The notes under the pieces were generated by a model. That model was not told the origin of the DNA, searched no databases, and saw nothing but the letters and a program-made list of their open reading frames with translations. This document shows, in pieces, positions 20,857-31,041 of a DNA stretch of 64,000 nt. The position numbers and the translations under genes were made by a program. This stretch comes from Candidatus Latescibacterota bacterium (GTDB taxonomy: Bacteria > Latescibacterota > UBA2968 > UBA8231): the NCBI GenBank assembly GCA_965208105.1, contig OZ242318.1:448001-512000 (forward strand). The letters are read 5' to 3'. Position 1 is the first letter of the stretch. Each line of letters starts with the position of its first letter.

Positions 20857-23766
20857 TTGGAGAGGAACACACCCGGTTGTATCTCCTCATCCCGATTGGG
20901 AAAAGCGGCGGGAACCACCTTGAAAGAACACCGGGATCGGGCAATGGCCGGACTCCCGGATCCCCGGAGGACCGCGGAGATGGCATGGGCCGCCCCAAGT
21001 AATAGTGCCAGGAATGCCGGTGGTTTTCTTCGAAATATTCCGGGCATCGTTCTGGCGGTCGCGGTTTGGACGGTTCCCGGCCACTCTTCCTCAGGGTCCG
21101 AAGACCGCCTGATCCTGGATGAGACAATCCCCCCGAAGCTGTTGCTCAAACGCGAGGGTCCGCGCTACCGCAACTACGCCCATCAACCATTCACCAACTA
21201 TGCGAACCACACTTTTCCCTACGAGGATGCGCCCCGGACCTACTATGGACCATTGGGGAACAAACTCATCACCGGGTACGATTTTTACACCTGGGTGGAA
21301 CGGCGCATGCCCGGTCTCCGCTGCGACGGACGGACGGGCGAGCAATGCGGCAGTCTCCTGGAGATCGACGGTGGGGGGAGCGGCGCCATGGTCGTCGGCC
21401 GCGACGGCTACGGAAGCTGGGGCTATACCTTCGTCGTCGGGACCACCAGCCGCAACCGGTTTACCCCTCTTACCGTTTCCCGTTCCGGACCTGACGGCAC
21501 GCGGCTGGACATCTCCACTCCCCATCTGAAAACCTCCACCCTTTTCTCCCGGCAATGGCAACACCGGGGCAAGGGGCAATTCATGCTGCTGAATCGCGCC
21601 CAGATCGAACTGGGAGCCATTGCCCTGGGGTTGAATTGGTGCAACTGGCACCACTACGATTCCGTCGAGCTGGCCAACAGCGCCAAAGGCCGTCTGGTCA
21701 CCGACGATCACGGATTTGTCCAGCATCGCTGGTCCTATTCGGAATTGGGCCAGGTCAGTTGGATTTTACTCAGATTCTCCGATGATTCACCCGACGACGG
21801 CATGGGCGGGCCAATCGTCCATGGCGTCCAGATCATTGTCAACGGCCGATACCGGCCCGATTTGCAACCGGCCGTGGTCAGCCACAGGATCGGCGAATCC
21901 ACGTCAGTGGGCAGGATTTCGCAGGCAGACGGCAGCTTTCGACCGGTATCCTATGCTAGGGCCAGAAATGCCTCCCATTTTGCAGATTATTTCTACCGCA
22001 TCGATCACGAGCGCGGAATTGATGTAAGCGCGAACGCGAATACTGAAGGGCTTGTGCAGAAATTCGTCCTGGAATTCCCGGATCAGGTGCTGCGCGCGGG
22101 ACGTGACGAAGGGCTGGTTTATCTTTTTGACCTATCTCACGAGCCGGACGTCCTCTCGGTGGAGGTGGAAACTCTGGTCGCCAATGACTACCGCATCGAA
22201 GAAGCGGTGGTCTACGAAGTGAATCCACGGGCTCGGGACTACGTGGGACGATACAGCGCGGATTCGTTCGAGACCCTGGTGCGCGCCCACGGAAACATCC
22301 GGGACGGTTCCAACCTGAGGAAGATCCGCTTCCAGGTCGGAGGGATGTGGACAGGCCAGTTCGTCTACGGCGCGGACTTCAACCTGGCCTTGAAGGGAGT
22401 CGAAATAAACGCCGAGTACGCCAGGACCAGCATCTACCGCCGCTATCCCGCGGTGATCGATGGCGAGCCCGCATTCAACAGTGGCCCGCGGATCAGGGGT
22501 GGAGATTCAGCCTATTTCATCAACGCCACGCGCTGGTTCGGGCTGGGCCGCCTGGGGGCTGAATATTTCGCCATGAACCCGGACTTCGTCAACGACACCA
22601 TTGACGACAACGACGACGGCGACATCCTGCCGGACATGTTCGAAAGGCCCTGGAACGGTGTCTACGTGCGGCAAGACGAGAACAATGACGGACTGCCGGA
22701 TATCAATCGGGATGGAGACGATCTGCCCGACTACGTGGAGCCCTTCCTTATGTACGACGTGGAACCGAACGAGTTCGAATACGGCCTGGACCGCAACAAC
22801 AACGACGAGCCTGACTTTCGGGAGGACGACCTGGAGCGGGACTACCCTTACGACCCCGACCAGCGCGGCTACCACCTGTTCGGCCAGCTGGATCTGAGTC
22901 GCCACCTGTCCCTGGCAGCCGGCCATTACGCCGGGGCGCAGATCGCCGGCGAAGGCCGCAACGAAACGAGCTACACTCTTCTGACATACAGGCGCGAAGG
23001 GACCAGGGGATTGCGGCGTCTATTCTTTGAGAACGGCCTGCGCCGGGTGCGGGACGACATCAAGGATGACTACATGGTCTTCGCGGAGGACCGGCTGTTC
23101 AAGGGGCTGCGGCCGCGGCATACGGTTTATACTTTCCTGAGCACTCTGCGCGAGGACCCGCTTGCCTACATGGACAGCCATGTAAACGAAACCGTCCTGG
23201 AAGTCTGGCTGCGGCCGTGGTCTACCCTGAATGTCGTGCAGAAGTTGCGGCTTCGGCTGAACTGGCAGCAGGGGAAATCCCCGCACCGGGATCGCCGCGG
23301 CCGCAAGGGAGTGCAGGACTACCGCACCTCCGTGAGCCGGGTGGATCTCACCTGGCACTGGAGAAGACTGAAGCTGCATCCGAAGTTCAAGTTCATGGTT
23401 CTGCGCTCGGCCGACCGCAAGCGCAATCAGACCACGCGCTACGAACTCGACGCCATTCCCATACTGCAAGTAGACTATGAGGTGCTTCGCCGGACAGTCT
23501 TGAGAGTGGGAATCCAGGGATGGGGTCCCCTCCCCTATCGATTCGAGGACAGGACACGGGAGCTCGCAAGCTTCGAGAGGCGCACCACTCTCGCCTCCAT
23601 AACCACGAATTCTCCCTATCGAGGTTACAGGCTCTACACGATCATCGGCTTTCAAAAGGACGCGTTGAATTTCGATGCGGACTTCAGAAAGCCCCAGGAT
23701 GACGACTACTGGTCGTTTTTCGTGCGGGCGCTGGTGGGATTTGAAGGGTATGGAAACCCGATATGA
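20857..23766 (+). CDS. Large hypothetical exported protein, paralog 1 of the ~960-aa family (start may be 20943 or 20980)
   Basis: 969-aa ORF; shares YRNYA, YGPLG, DGYG.WGY, AEYAR, LGAEYFA, DNDDGD and FF.R.LVGF motifs with the ORFs at 39965 and 42958. Confidence 0.85.
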   Translation: MERNTPGCISSSRLGKAAGTTLKEHRDRAMAGLPDPRRTAEMAWAAPSNSARNAGGFLRNIPGIVLAVAVWTVPGHSSSGSEDRLILDETIPPKLLLKREGPRYRNYAHQPFTNYANHTFPYEDAPRTYYGPLGNKLITGYDFYTWVERRMPGLRCDGRTGEQCGSLLEIDGGGSGAMVVGRDGYGSWGYTFVVGTTSRNRFTPLTVSRSGPDGTRLDISTPHLKTSTLFSRQWQHRGKGQFMLLNRAQIELGAIALGLNWCNWHHYDSVELANSAKGRLVTDDHGFVQHRWSYSELGQVSWILLRFSDDSPDDGMGGPIVHGVQIIVNGRYRPDLQPAVVSHRIGESTSVGRISQADGSFRPVSYARARNASHFADYFYRIDHERGIDVSANANTEGLVQKFVLEFPDQVLRAGRDEGLVYLFDLSHEPDVLSVEVETLVANDYRIEEAVVYEVNPRARDYVGRYSADSFETLVRAHGNIRDGSNLRKIRFQVGGMWTGQFVYGADFNLALKGVEINAEYARTSIYRRYPAVIDGEPAFNSGPRIRGGDSAYFINATRWFGLGRLGAEYFAMNPDFVNDTIDDNDDGDILPDMFERPWNGVYVRQDENNDGLPDINRDGDDLPDYVEPFLMYDVEPNEFEYGLDRNNNDEPDFREDDLERDYPYDPDQRGYHLFGQLDLSRHLSLAAGHYAGAQIAGEGRNETSYTLLTYRREGTRGLRRLFFENGLRRVRDDIKDDYMVFAEDRLFKGLRPRHTVYTFLSTLREDPLAYMDSHVNETVLEVWLRPWSTLNVVQKLRLRLNWQQGKSPHRDRRGRKGVQDYRTSVSRVDLTWHWRRLKLHPKFKFMVLRSADRKRNQTTRYELDAIPILQVDYEVLRRTVLRVGIQGWGPLPYRFEDRTRELASFERRTTLASITTNSPYRGYRLYTIIGFQKDALNFDADFRKPQDDDYWSFFVRALVGFEGYGNPI

Positions 23767-23785
23767 GGATCCGGGATTTATTTTC

Positions 23786-23861
23786 TGGTGAGCCCGGTGG
23801 GAATCGAACCCACGACCAACGGATTAAAAGTCCGCTGCTCTACCAGCTGAGCTACGGGCTC
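23786..23861 (-). tRNA. tRNA-Lys(TTT)
   Basis: Reverse complement gagcccgtagctcagctggtagagcagcggactTTTaatccg...ggttcgattcccaccgggctcacca. Confidence 0.97.
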
Positions 23862-24027
23862 CGACTCTAGCAGCCGTTGAAAAGGTCCATCCGGGCCGCC
23901 AGGCTCGTTACCGGCAGGAATAGAAGGTAGCCTCCCGACTGCTTGCGGTCAATCTGGCGCAGGCTCCCAGGTCCTGGCCGCGCTGCCCCTCCGCTCTCAA
24001 TTCTTCGGGCGCGGCGGAGGAACCGGC

Positions 24028-25011
24028 TCACCCTCCCAACGCAACCGTCCTTCCTTCCCGTGCGGAGGCGTATACAGCTTCGAGCAGCTCCACCGTCCTC
24101 CGTCCCTCGTGCCCGTCGACTCTCAGCCGGGTTCCATTCTCCAGCGCGGAGACCATGTCCTCGACGACATTTTGCCTGGTATTTTCTATCCCTTCGAGGC
24201 GGTCGGCCAATCCTTGCCCGAATACCCGGATTCTACCCGTGAGTGCGTCCTCCACTATTACCCCCGCCTCGGTGCCGTGTACCTCGGCGCTGAAGTAGGC
24301 ACTTGCGGGAAAACTGGTTGTGCCCACCATCGTTCCCTTTGCCCCGCTCGCAAAGTTGAGGATCGCCAGACCCATGTCCTCTGTCTCGATATCGTGGTTC
24401 ACGATTGCGGTCTCTGCATAGACCCGCACCGGCTCCCCCATGAACCAGAGCAGCAAATCGACAAGGTGGGAGCCCTGATTGGCCAGGGAACCTCCTCCAT
24501 CCATTGCCCAGGTGCCCCGCCAGCCACCGCCATGCTCGAAGTACTCCTGGGATCGAAACCACTTGAAGCGGATTTCTCCCAATAGCGGTCTCCCCAACCA
24601 ACCCCGGCGCAGGGCTTCGGCGATGCGGTAATTGTTGTCCACGTAGCGACTCTGGTAATCGACACCAAGCAGGATTCCGGCATCCGCCGCGGCGTCGATG
24701 AGCAGGTCACAGGATGCGGTGGATACGTCCATGGGTTTGGTGGTGATCACATGCTTCCTAGCCCGGGCCGCCCTCACCCCGATTTCAGCGTGCAGTCCAC
24801 TGGGGGTCATCACCAGGACGACCTCCACATCCTTCCGCGACAGGGCATCGTCCAGTCGGCAGCTCCAATCACACCCCATCTCCTCACCCACTCCCCTGGC
24901 CAGTTCCTCATTGATGTCCACCACCATCTTCAACTCGGCTCCGGTAGTATCCTTCACCTGGCGAGCGCGATTGCGCCCCATTCCCAAACCCACTACCGCA
25001 AATCCTGCCAT
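24028..25011 (-). CDS. Gfo/Idh/MocA family oxidoreductase
   Basis: VVGLGMG, TPSGLHAE, HVITTKPM and GGGSLANQGSH. Confidence 0.93.
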   Translation of the reverse strand: MAGFAVVGLGMGRNRARQVKDTTGAELKMVVDINEELARGVGEEMGCDWSCRLDDALSRKDVEVVLVMTPSGLHAEIGVRAARARKHVITTKPMDVSTASCDLLIDAAADAGILLGVDYQSRYVDNNYRIAEALRRGWLGRPLLGEIRFKWFRSQEYFEHGGGWRGTWAMDGGGSLANQGSHLVDLLLWFMGEPVRVYAETAIVNHDIETEDMGLAILNFASGAKGTMVGTTSFPASAYFSAEVHGTEAGVIVEDALTGRIRVFGQGLADRLEGIENTRQNVVEDMVSALENGTRLRVDGHEGRRTVELLEAVYASAREGRTVALGG

Positions 25012-25025
25012 GTGCCTGCTCCTGC

Positions 25026-25235
25026 TTATTTTTCTCGGAGGAACTGTTCTATGAACCCCTTGCTGCTCAAGAGACCCTCCCGCTGCAACTCGGGCGTGGC
25101 CCGGGAATGGTGATCCTTCAATTCCACGCTCAGCGCACCATCGTAGCCCACATCCGCCAGGCGACGGATGACCAAATTCCAGTCTACCTCTCCCTCAGCG
25201 GAAATACAGAAGGAGCAGGCTCTCCGGTGTGCATC
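25026..25235 (-). pseudogene. C-terminal remnant of a sugar-phosphate isomerase/epimerase (xylose-isomerase-like TIM barrel)
   Basis: GEVDWNLVIRRLADVGYDGALSVELKD motif, with only ~70 codons available before the upstream SDR stop and no in-frame start. Confidence 0.7.
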
Positions 25236-25257
25236 CCTGTCCGGGACCCTCGGCGGG

Positions 25258-26028
25258 TCAAATCTGCGACTTTGACTGGCCGCCATCCACATTGATGCAG
25301 GCTCCGGTAACCCAGCTGGCTCGATCAGAGGCGAGAAAGACCACGACATCGGCCACCTCTTCGGGTGTGCCGAAACGACCCGAGGGGATATTGCCCTCCA
25401 CGAAGGTCTGGATCCCTGCCGGATCGGCCTGTTGCCGGCGCTCCCAACTGCCACCGGGAAAGAGGATGGATCCGGGAGCCACGGTATTGACCCGGATATT
25501 TTTCGGCGCAGCCTCCTGGGCGAGGTTGGAAGTCATGCTGATCATTGCTGCTTTGGCTGCGTTGTAGGAGAGAGGCCCCCCGGTTTCGCGCCCGTAGATC
25601 GAGGAAATATTGACCACGCTGCCCCTTCCTTTTTCCTCCATTATCCGAAGGGCGGCGCGGGTGACCCGAACGGCAGAGAAGAAGCTGAGATCGAATACAT
25701 GATTCCACTCCTCGTCGCTGATCTGGGAGAAGGGGGTCCAGACGGAGCCCCCAACGTTATTGACCAGTATGTCAATTCCGCCCAGGCGGTCGACCGTGGC
25801 GCTCACCACCTTTTCGGCACCTTCCGCCTGGGTCACATCCGCCGCCACGGCCTCTACATCCCCTCCCAGGGACCCTACTTCCGCCATGGCGGTATTGAGT
25901 CCATCTTCATTGCGTGCGTTCAGGCACAGCCTGGCACCTTCCTCGGCCAATGCAAGGGCAATGCGATTGCCGATGCCGCGACTCGCACCGGTGACCAGGG
26001 CTACCTTACCTGCAAGTCCGAGATCCAT
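25258..26028 (-). CDS. Short-chain dehydrogenase/reductase (FabG-like)
   Basis: TGASRGIG, LVNNVG, YNAAK and VDGG motifs. Confidence 0.95.
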   Translation of the reverse strand: MDLGLAGKVALVTGASRGIGNRIALALAEEGARLCLNARNEDGLNTAMAEVGSLGGDVEAVAADVTQAEGAEKVVSATVDRLGGIDILVNNVGGSVWTPFSQISDEEWNHVFDLSFFSAVRVTRAALRIMEEKGRGSVVNISSIYGRETGGPLSYNAAKAAMISMTSNLAQEAAPKNIRVNTVAPGSILFPGGSWERRQQADPAGIQTFVEGNIPSGRFGTPEEVADVVVFLASDRASWVTGACINVDGGQSKSQI

Positions 26029-26056
26029 TGTCCATCCTTCCTTCGAAGTTTCGGTT

Positions 26057-27028
26057 TTAGGGGGGCTGCCCTGCTGGCAGGGCCCCCGGATTGTAGACGA
26101 AAAGCATAATGAGATACACGGCACACAACCCCAGAAGAACCAGGCCTTTCCACTTGTTGAGATTCCAACCCAGGCGCATCAGGGCGAGCATGGTCAGGAC
26201 AATCACCAGCATCGAGGGAAACATGAAATGAATCACCGGAGCACCTACCGTCAAAGGATTGGCAATAGCCGAAGCCCCGGCAATCCAGCAGATGTTGAGG
26301 ATGTCCGCACCCAGGATATTCCCGGCCGCCAGCGCCCCCTGGCCCTTGCGGGCTGATACGATGCACGTGGCAATCTCGGGAACCGAAGTCCCCAAGGCGA
26401 TCAGGGTCAGGGCGATAACCACATCGGGGACCCCGAAATGCCGGGCGACCACCGGAGCTGAATCGACTATCCATTCACTGCTGACCAGGACCCCCGCCAG
26501 TCCCACAAAGAACAGCAGGATGCGAACGCGGCCTTTGCCACCTGCCTCAGGGAGTACTTCTACCTCGCCTCGCCGCCTTTTCTGGTCCCAGTACAGAAAG
26601 TAGAGGTAGCCGACAAAACCCAAGACCAGGACCAACCCTTCACCCCTGTCCAAGGTACCGTCGAAGCACAAAGTATAGGCCAGGATGTCAATGGCGATGA
26701 GAAAGACCGCCGAAGAGCGCAGCACCCGCTTGTCGATAACTATAGCCGCAGGGGCCAGCAAGGCGGCCAGAGGGAGGGCAATGCCGTCATCGTAGATAAC
26801 CGACCCCACCGCGTTGCCCAGGGCGTACTCGGCACGGCCGGCCAGGGCTGCCTGAACCGAGACCGCCAGTTCGGGGGCGGTCGTGCCGATACTCACTATG
26901 ACGATACCGATCAGAATGGGGGGAGCATGCAGGCGCCTGGCGATTTCAAGCGCCCCCTCCACAAACCAGTCGGCGCATTTGGCCAGGATGGCAAAGGAAA
27001 CCACCATCAAGCCGAATGCCGACCACAA
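26057..27028 (-). CDS. Ca2+/Na+ antiporter (YrbG/CaCA family)
   Basis: Two alpha repeats, GTTAPE..GNAVGS and GTSVPE..GNILG. Confidence 0.93.
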   Translation of the reverse strand: MWSAFGLMVVSFAILAKCADWFVEGALEIARRLHAPPILIGIVIVSIGTTAPELAVSVQAALAGRAEYALGNAVGSVIYDDGIALPLAALLAPAAIVIDKRVLRSSAVFLIAIDILAYTLCFDGTLDRGEGLVLVLGFVGYLYFLYWDQKRRRGEVEVLPEAGGKGRVRILLFFVGLAGVLVSSEWIVDSAPVVARHFGVPDVVIALTLIALGTSVPEIATCIVSARKGQGALAAGNILGADILNICWIAGASAIANPLTVGAPVIHFMFPSMLVIVLTMLALMRLGWNLNKWKGLVLLGLCAVYLIMLFVYNPGALPAGQPP

Positions 27029-27282
27029 GCCAAGTGACGCTGCTTCGCTTTCGATGGCAATGTCTCCTAACCATGGACCGGCGGCTGGATCCGGTTAAGG
27101 ACCGAGCAAGGCCGGTATTTTCCGGATCAAAACGCCCAATGATATCGCATCATCCTCCCCCTGTCAAGAAACAGGCAGGAAGCACGGCAAGGGAAGCATT
27201 TTTCCCGTTCCGATCACTTCCAGCCCCATCTCGACGGCCAGTATCTCCAATTATTCCTATCTTCATGGGGAGTCGCCATATA

Positions 27283-27325
27283 ATAGTAATAATTATTCTT
27301 GAAATAAAATAAATATTATATATCT
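27283..27325 (+). promoter_or_regulatory. AT-rich argG promoter region with possible tandem ARG-box-like operators
   Basis: AATAATTATTC and AATAAATATT cores about 20 nt apart in a very AT-rich stretch; only a partial match to TGAAT-N4-ATTCA. Confidence 0.35.
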
Positions 27326-27357
27326 TTACTCTATCAACCTAGGTAAAGGAGGCGAAG

Positions 27358-28614
27358 ATGAATGTTGATGATCTCAGGGGAGAAACCGTGATGATGGCGG
27401 TTTCCGGTGGCCTTGACAGCTGCACCCTCACACACTGGCTCACGGCCAGGGGCGTTGGAGTCATCGCCTATACTGCCGACCTGGGCCAGCCTGACGAAGA
27501 GCGGATCGAGGACATCCGCGACAGGATGTTGGCATGCGGGGCACAGGAGATGATTCTGGACGACCTCAGGGAGGAAACCTGCCGGGCGGGAATCCAACTT
27601 GTCCAGGCACAGGCGCGATACGAAGGGGGTTACTGGAACACCACGGGCATCGCCCGCCACGTGGTGGTCGCAGCCATGGTTCCCCAGCTGCATCGCCGCA
27701 AAATCCGCATCATGGGGCACGGGGCTACCGGCAGAGGAAACGACCAGGTCAGGTTTCAACTCGCCACGCAGATGCTGGACCCGCAGATCACCGTCTATGC
27801 TCCCTGGCGCGACCCGGCATTCCTCGGCACTTTCGGCGGCCGCAAGGAGATGATCGACTACTGCCAGGACCACGGGTTGCCCATCACGGCAAGCCATGAA
27901 AAGCCCTACTCCACCGATGCCAACATCCTGGGCCTCACCCACGAGGCGGGAGAGCTGGAGGCCCTGTCAGTCCCCGCGCAGCGCATAGAGGCGGGAATGG
28001 GGAAATTTCCCGAAGATGCCCAGGACCAGGCCGAAATATTTGAAATAAGGTTTGAGAAGGGGAACCCCGAGTACGTCAACGGACACCCGGTGAGCGCCCT
28101 CGAAGCGCTTCAGCTGAGCAATCGGATTGCCGGGCGCCACGGCATCGGCATAGGCCTTCACACGGTGGAAAACCGCTATGTCGGAATCAAGTCCCGGGGA
28201 GTCTACGAAGCGCCGGGCCTCGAGCTGCTGGGCCGGTGCTACGAGTACCTGCTGCAACTCATCCTCGACCGCAGGGCACGCCGCCTGTACGGCCAGATTG
28301 CCGCATACATCGCAGAGCAGATTTACCAGGGGTACTGGTTCGATCCGGGAACCCAGGCCTGCCGGAAATTCGTCGAGCACTTCAACCAGTTGGCCAGCGG
28401 CACTATCACCGTTTCTCTATACAAGGGAAATGTCTCATTTTGTGCTGCCGAGAACGCACCTCACTCCCTCTACAGCGAAGACACAGCCTCCATGGAAGAC
28501 GTGGGGGACTTCGATCACCGGGACTCCGAGGGTTTTCTCAACGTCCTGGGGATTAGTGCATGCGCTCTCAACAAGGCCGGTCAGACAGGTCCGCCGCCGG
28601 CACCCCTCAAATAG
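27358..28614 (+). CDS. argG: Argininosuccinate synthase
   Basis: SGGLDS, HGATGRGNDQVRF, YSTDAN and VENRYVGIKSRGVYEAPG. Confidence 0.97.
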   Translation: MNVDDLRGETVMMAVSGGLDSCTLTHWLTARGVGVIAYTADLGQPDEERIEDIRDRMLACGAQEMILDDLREETCRAGIQLVQAQARYEGGYWNTTGIARHVVVAAMVPQLHRRKIRIMGHGATGRGNDQVRFQLATQMLDPQITVYAPWRDPAFLGTFGGRKEMIDYCQDHGLPITASHEKPYSTDANILGLTHEAGELEALSVPAQRIEAGMGKFPEDAQDQAEIFEIRFEKGNPEYVNGHPVSALEALQLSNRIAGRHGIGIGLHTVENRYVGIKSRGVYEAPGLELLGRCYEYLLQLILDRRARRLYGQIAAYIAEQIYQGYWFDPGTQACRKFVEHFNQLASGTITVSLYKGNVSFCAAENAPHSLYSEDTASMEDVGDFDHRDSEGFLNVLGISACALNKAGQTGPPPAPLK

Positions 28615-29506
28615 AAAAGAGAGGTTCCACCCCGGCCAGGATGGAATCCAGTTCGGCCATGTCCTGCCGGTCCAGACTTCCACCCGGCATACGGACCGCG
28701 GGGGTGGCAATTACGCCACGGCGGAACATCACTTCTTTGTAGACTGCCATCGACAGGAGGCGCTCGAAGTTGATCAATGGCAGAATCTGGTTGAACAGGG
28801 TTCTCGCCGCGGTTTCGTCTCCCGCCTCGAGGCTGTCCCAAATGCGTACCAGAACGTCGGTGGTGTGGCAGCAGGGCATGTTGCCGGCAGCGCCTCGCCG
28901 ATACTCATCCAGTAGATAGATCGCTCCCTGACCGCCGAAAATCCCCTTGCAGGCCGACCCCGCAGCCGCCCTGGTGACGCTGATGCGCCTGGGTTCGGGC
29001 AGTGCTTCTTCCTTGATGTATTCCACGTGCGATATTTCCTCGCACATGCGCGCAAGCAGCTCCGAACTCATCGGGGTCCCCATGGGGGCATCGTGGTTCT
29101 GGATGCAGATTGGAATGTCCACCGCAGCCGAGAGGGCCTGGTAGTAGCTGAAACAGCCCTCCGCATCGAAATGCACAATGTGGGGTGGCATGGCCATCAG
29201 GCCATCCGCACCCACCTCCTGGGCGAATCGTCCCAGGGCAACCGCCGGCAGCGTATGGCCTGAGGTGACCGAGGCGATTACCGGCACCTGGCCTCCGGCT
29301 TCGCCCACCACCACCTCGATCCATTTCCTGCGCTCGTCATCGGACAGGGTGGCGAACTCGCTGGCCATGGCCGGACCCACCAGGCCGCGCGCGCCAGCCT
29401 CGATATTGAACCTCACCACCTTTGCCAGACTGCCCGCGTCCATATCGCCGCCCTTGGTGAACGGCGTGAGGATGATCGGAAAAATTCCACTCCAACTCTG
29501 GCTCAT
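28607..29506 (-). CDS. Dihydrodipicolinate synthase/N-acetylneuraminate lyase family protein
   Basis: GIFPIILTPF, SEFATLSDDER and YIKEE (Schiff-base Lys). Confidence 0.9.
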   Translation of the reverse strand: MSQSWSGIFPIILTPFTKGGDMDAGSLAKVVRFNIEAGARGLVGPAMASEFATLSDDERRKWIEVVVGEAGGQVPVIASVTSGHTLPAVALGRFAQEVGADGLMAMPPHIVHFDAEGCFSYYQALSAAVDIPICIQNHDAPMGTPMSSELLARMCEEISHVEYIKEEALPEPRRISVTRAAAGSACKGIFGGQGAIYLLDEYRRGAAGNMPCCHTTDVLVRIWDSLEAGDETAARTLFNQILPLINFERLLSMAVYKEVMFRRGVIATPAVRMPGGSLDRQDMAELDSILAGVEPLFSI

Positions 29507-29589
29507 GGGCTCCCCTCCTTGAAATTAATTCTGGACAAATTCTCCAATCCACTCTGCTTCAATGTGCTTGGAACAAAAACAATTTTAAT

Positions 29590-30252
29590 TCACGGCCCCG
29601 CCTGCAAAGCCCGCGGAACGTCGGCCAAGCGGCTCACCACCCTGCACCCGGTTCTCATCAGGCGACGCCGACTCTGGTGGCCTCCCGGCACCAGAACGCA
29701 GTCCACCCCCATGGCCTTGGCCGCCTCCCAATCGTGCAGGGTATCTCCCACCAAAACGACCAGACTCGCGGCGCAGGACTGCTCCTCCATCCAGTGCATT
29801 CCCAGGTCTATCTTCCCCTCGGCGTAGTGATTGCCCAGCCCCCATACGCGGGCAAAGACCTCTTCGAGCTGGAAGTGGGCAACCATTTCCTCCAGACTCC
29901 GCTGCTCATAGGCCGAGAGGAGGGACTGCTGCAGTCCGGCAGCGCTGATGGTTTCGAGCACCTCCGCGGCAAGGGGCTGCAGGCGGCACTCCCGGCGGCG
30001 CAGCTCGTACTCCGCCGTGAACTCATCGCTGATCTGCTCGAATGTCTCCGCATCCAGGTCGAATCCAAGCCTGCGGACATACTGGCGCAGGGGGAATCCG
30101 AAAATTTCCTGGTAGTGCTCGGAGGAAATCGCGGCCAATCCTCTCCTGGCCATCATGGCGTTGGTGATCTCCAGGCTCAGCCAGCCATCGTCAATCAGGG
30201 TTCCGTTCCAATCCCACACCACGTGCTTATATGGACTGCTTGACCCGACCAT
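29590..30252 (-). CDS. HAD superfamily hydrolase (phosphoglycolate-phosphatase-like)
   Basis: WDWNGTL and VGDTLHD motifs. Confidence 0.9.
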   Translation of the reverse strand: MVGSSSPYKHVVWDWNGTLIDDGWLSLEITNAMMARRGLAAISSEHYQEIFGFPLRQYVRRLGFDLDAETFEQISDEFTAEYELRRRECRLQPLAAEVLETISAAGLQQSLLSAYEQRSLEEMVAHFQLEEVFARVWGLGNHYAEGKIDLGMHWMEEQSCAASLVVLVGDTLHDWEAAKAMGVDCVLVPGGHQSRRRLMRTGCRVVSRLADVPRALQAGP

Positions 30253-30268
30253 ATAACTTATGGTGCTG

Positions 30269-31033
30269 CTATACCTTGCGAGCAACCCAAATCTGCTCTC
30301 CATAGCCGGGGAAAACACTGCGATGGAAGTCGCCGTAGAGCGCTTCCACGGCGAAGCCGCAGCGTTCAAGGAGGTATTCCATCTCGTGGCGGAAGATGTA
30401 TCGCAACTGCAATCTTCCATAGGTCCGGGAAACCACCTCACCGGTGCGGTCCGTTTCCTCGAAAATCAGCTCCTGCTCGAGCAGCTGAACCTCCGGGTCG
30501 TATTGGCGGCTGTACCAGACCGCCACGCTATGGCCGGTTTCCGGGTCGGCGAAATCCGTGTCCTTCTGCAGCGGCGCGGTGAAACCCCTGCCGGCGATAT
30601 CCATGAGGGGATCGAAGATGTCGAGGACCAGGACTCCGCCATCCTCGAGATGCCGGTGCACGCTCTCGAGGACATGGTGCTGATCTGTCGGAGTCAGAAG
30701 GTGCTGAAAGCTGCGGTAGGGAATGGTGACCAACCTGAAGCGCCGGTCCAGGTCAAATTCTTCCATGTCGGCCTGGACCAATCGGGTCATTTCCCGGACA
30801 TGGGGATCCGAGTTGGCGAGTTTTCGCCGGGTGACGCCCAGGATCGCCTCGTCCGCCTCAAGACCGACGACCTCGACCCCGGCAGCGGCGGTCGGCAGGA
30901 GAACACGACCGGTGCCACATCCCAATTCGAGCACCGGGGACCCGGCTTCAAGGGCCGAGGACACATAGAACTCGACATCCCCTTCCACTCCGGTAAAGTA
31001 GTGATCGTAGAACCTGGGGTGGTAGGCTTGCAT
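30269..31033 (-). CDS. Class I SAM-dependent methyltransferase
   Basis: VLELGCGTGR, ADM..F.L and HLEDGG motifs. Confidence 0.92.
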   Translation of the reverse strand: MQAYHPRFYDHYFTGVEGDVEFYVSSALEAGSPVLELGCGTGRVLLPTAAAGVEVVGLEADEAILGVTRRKLANSDPHVREMTRLVQADMEEFDLDRRFRLVTIPYRSFQHLLTPTDQHHVLESVHRHLEDGGVLVLDIFDPLMDIAGRGFTAPLQKDTDFADPETGHSVAVWYSRQYDPEVQLLEQELIFEETDRTGEVVSRTYGRLQLRYIFRHEMEYLLERCGFAVEALYGDFHRSVFPGYGEQIWVARKV

Positions 31034-31041
31034 GCACTCGT

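Noticed and set aside
18991-23786. Genomic island integrated at tRNA-Lys
   Set aside because: No integrase and no convincing duplication of the tRNA 3' end; the ggtgagcc match near 20288 is short and inside a CDS.
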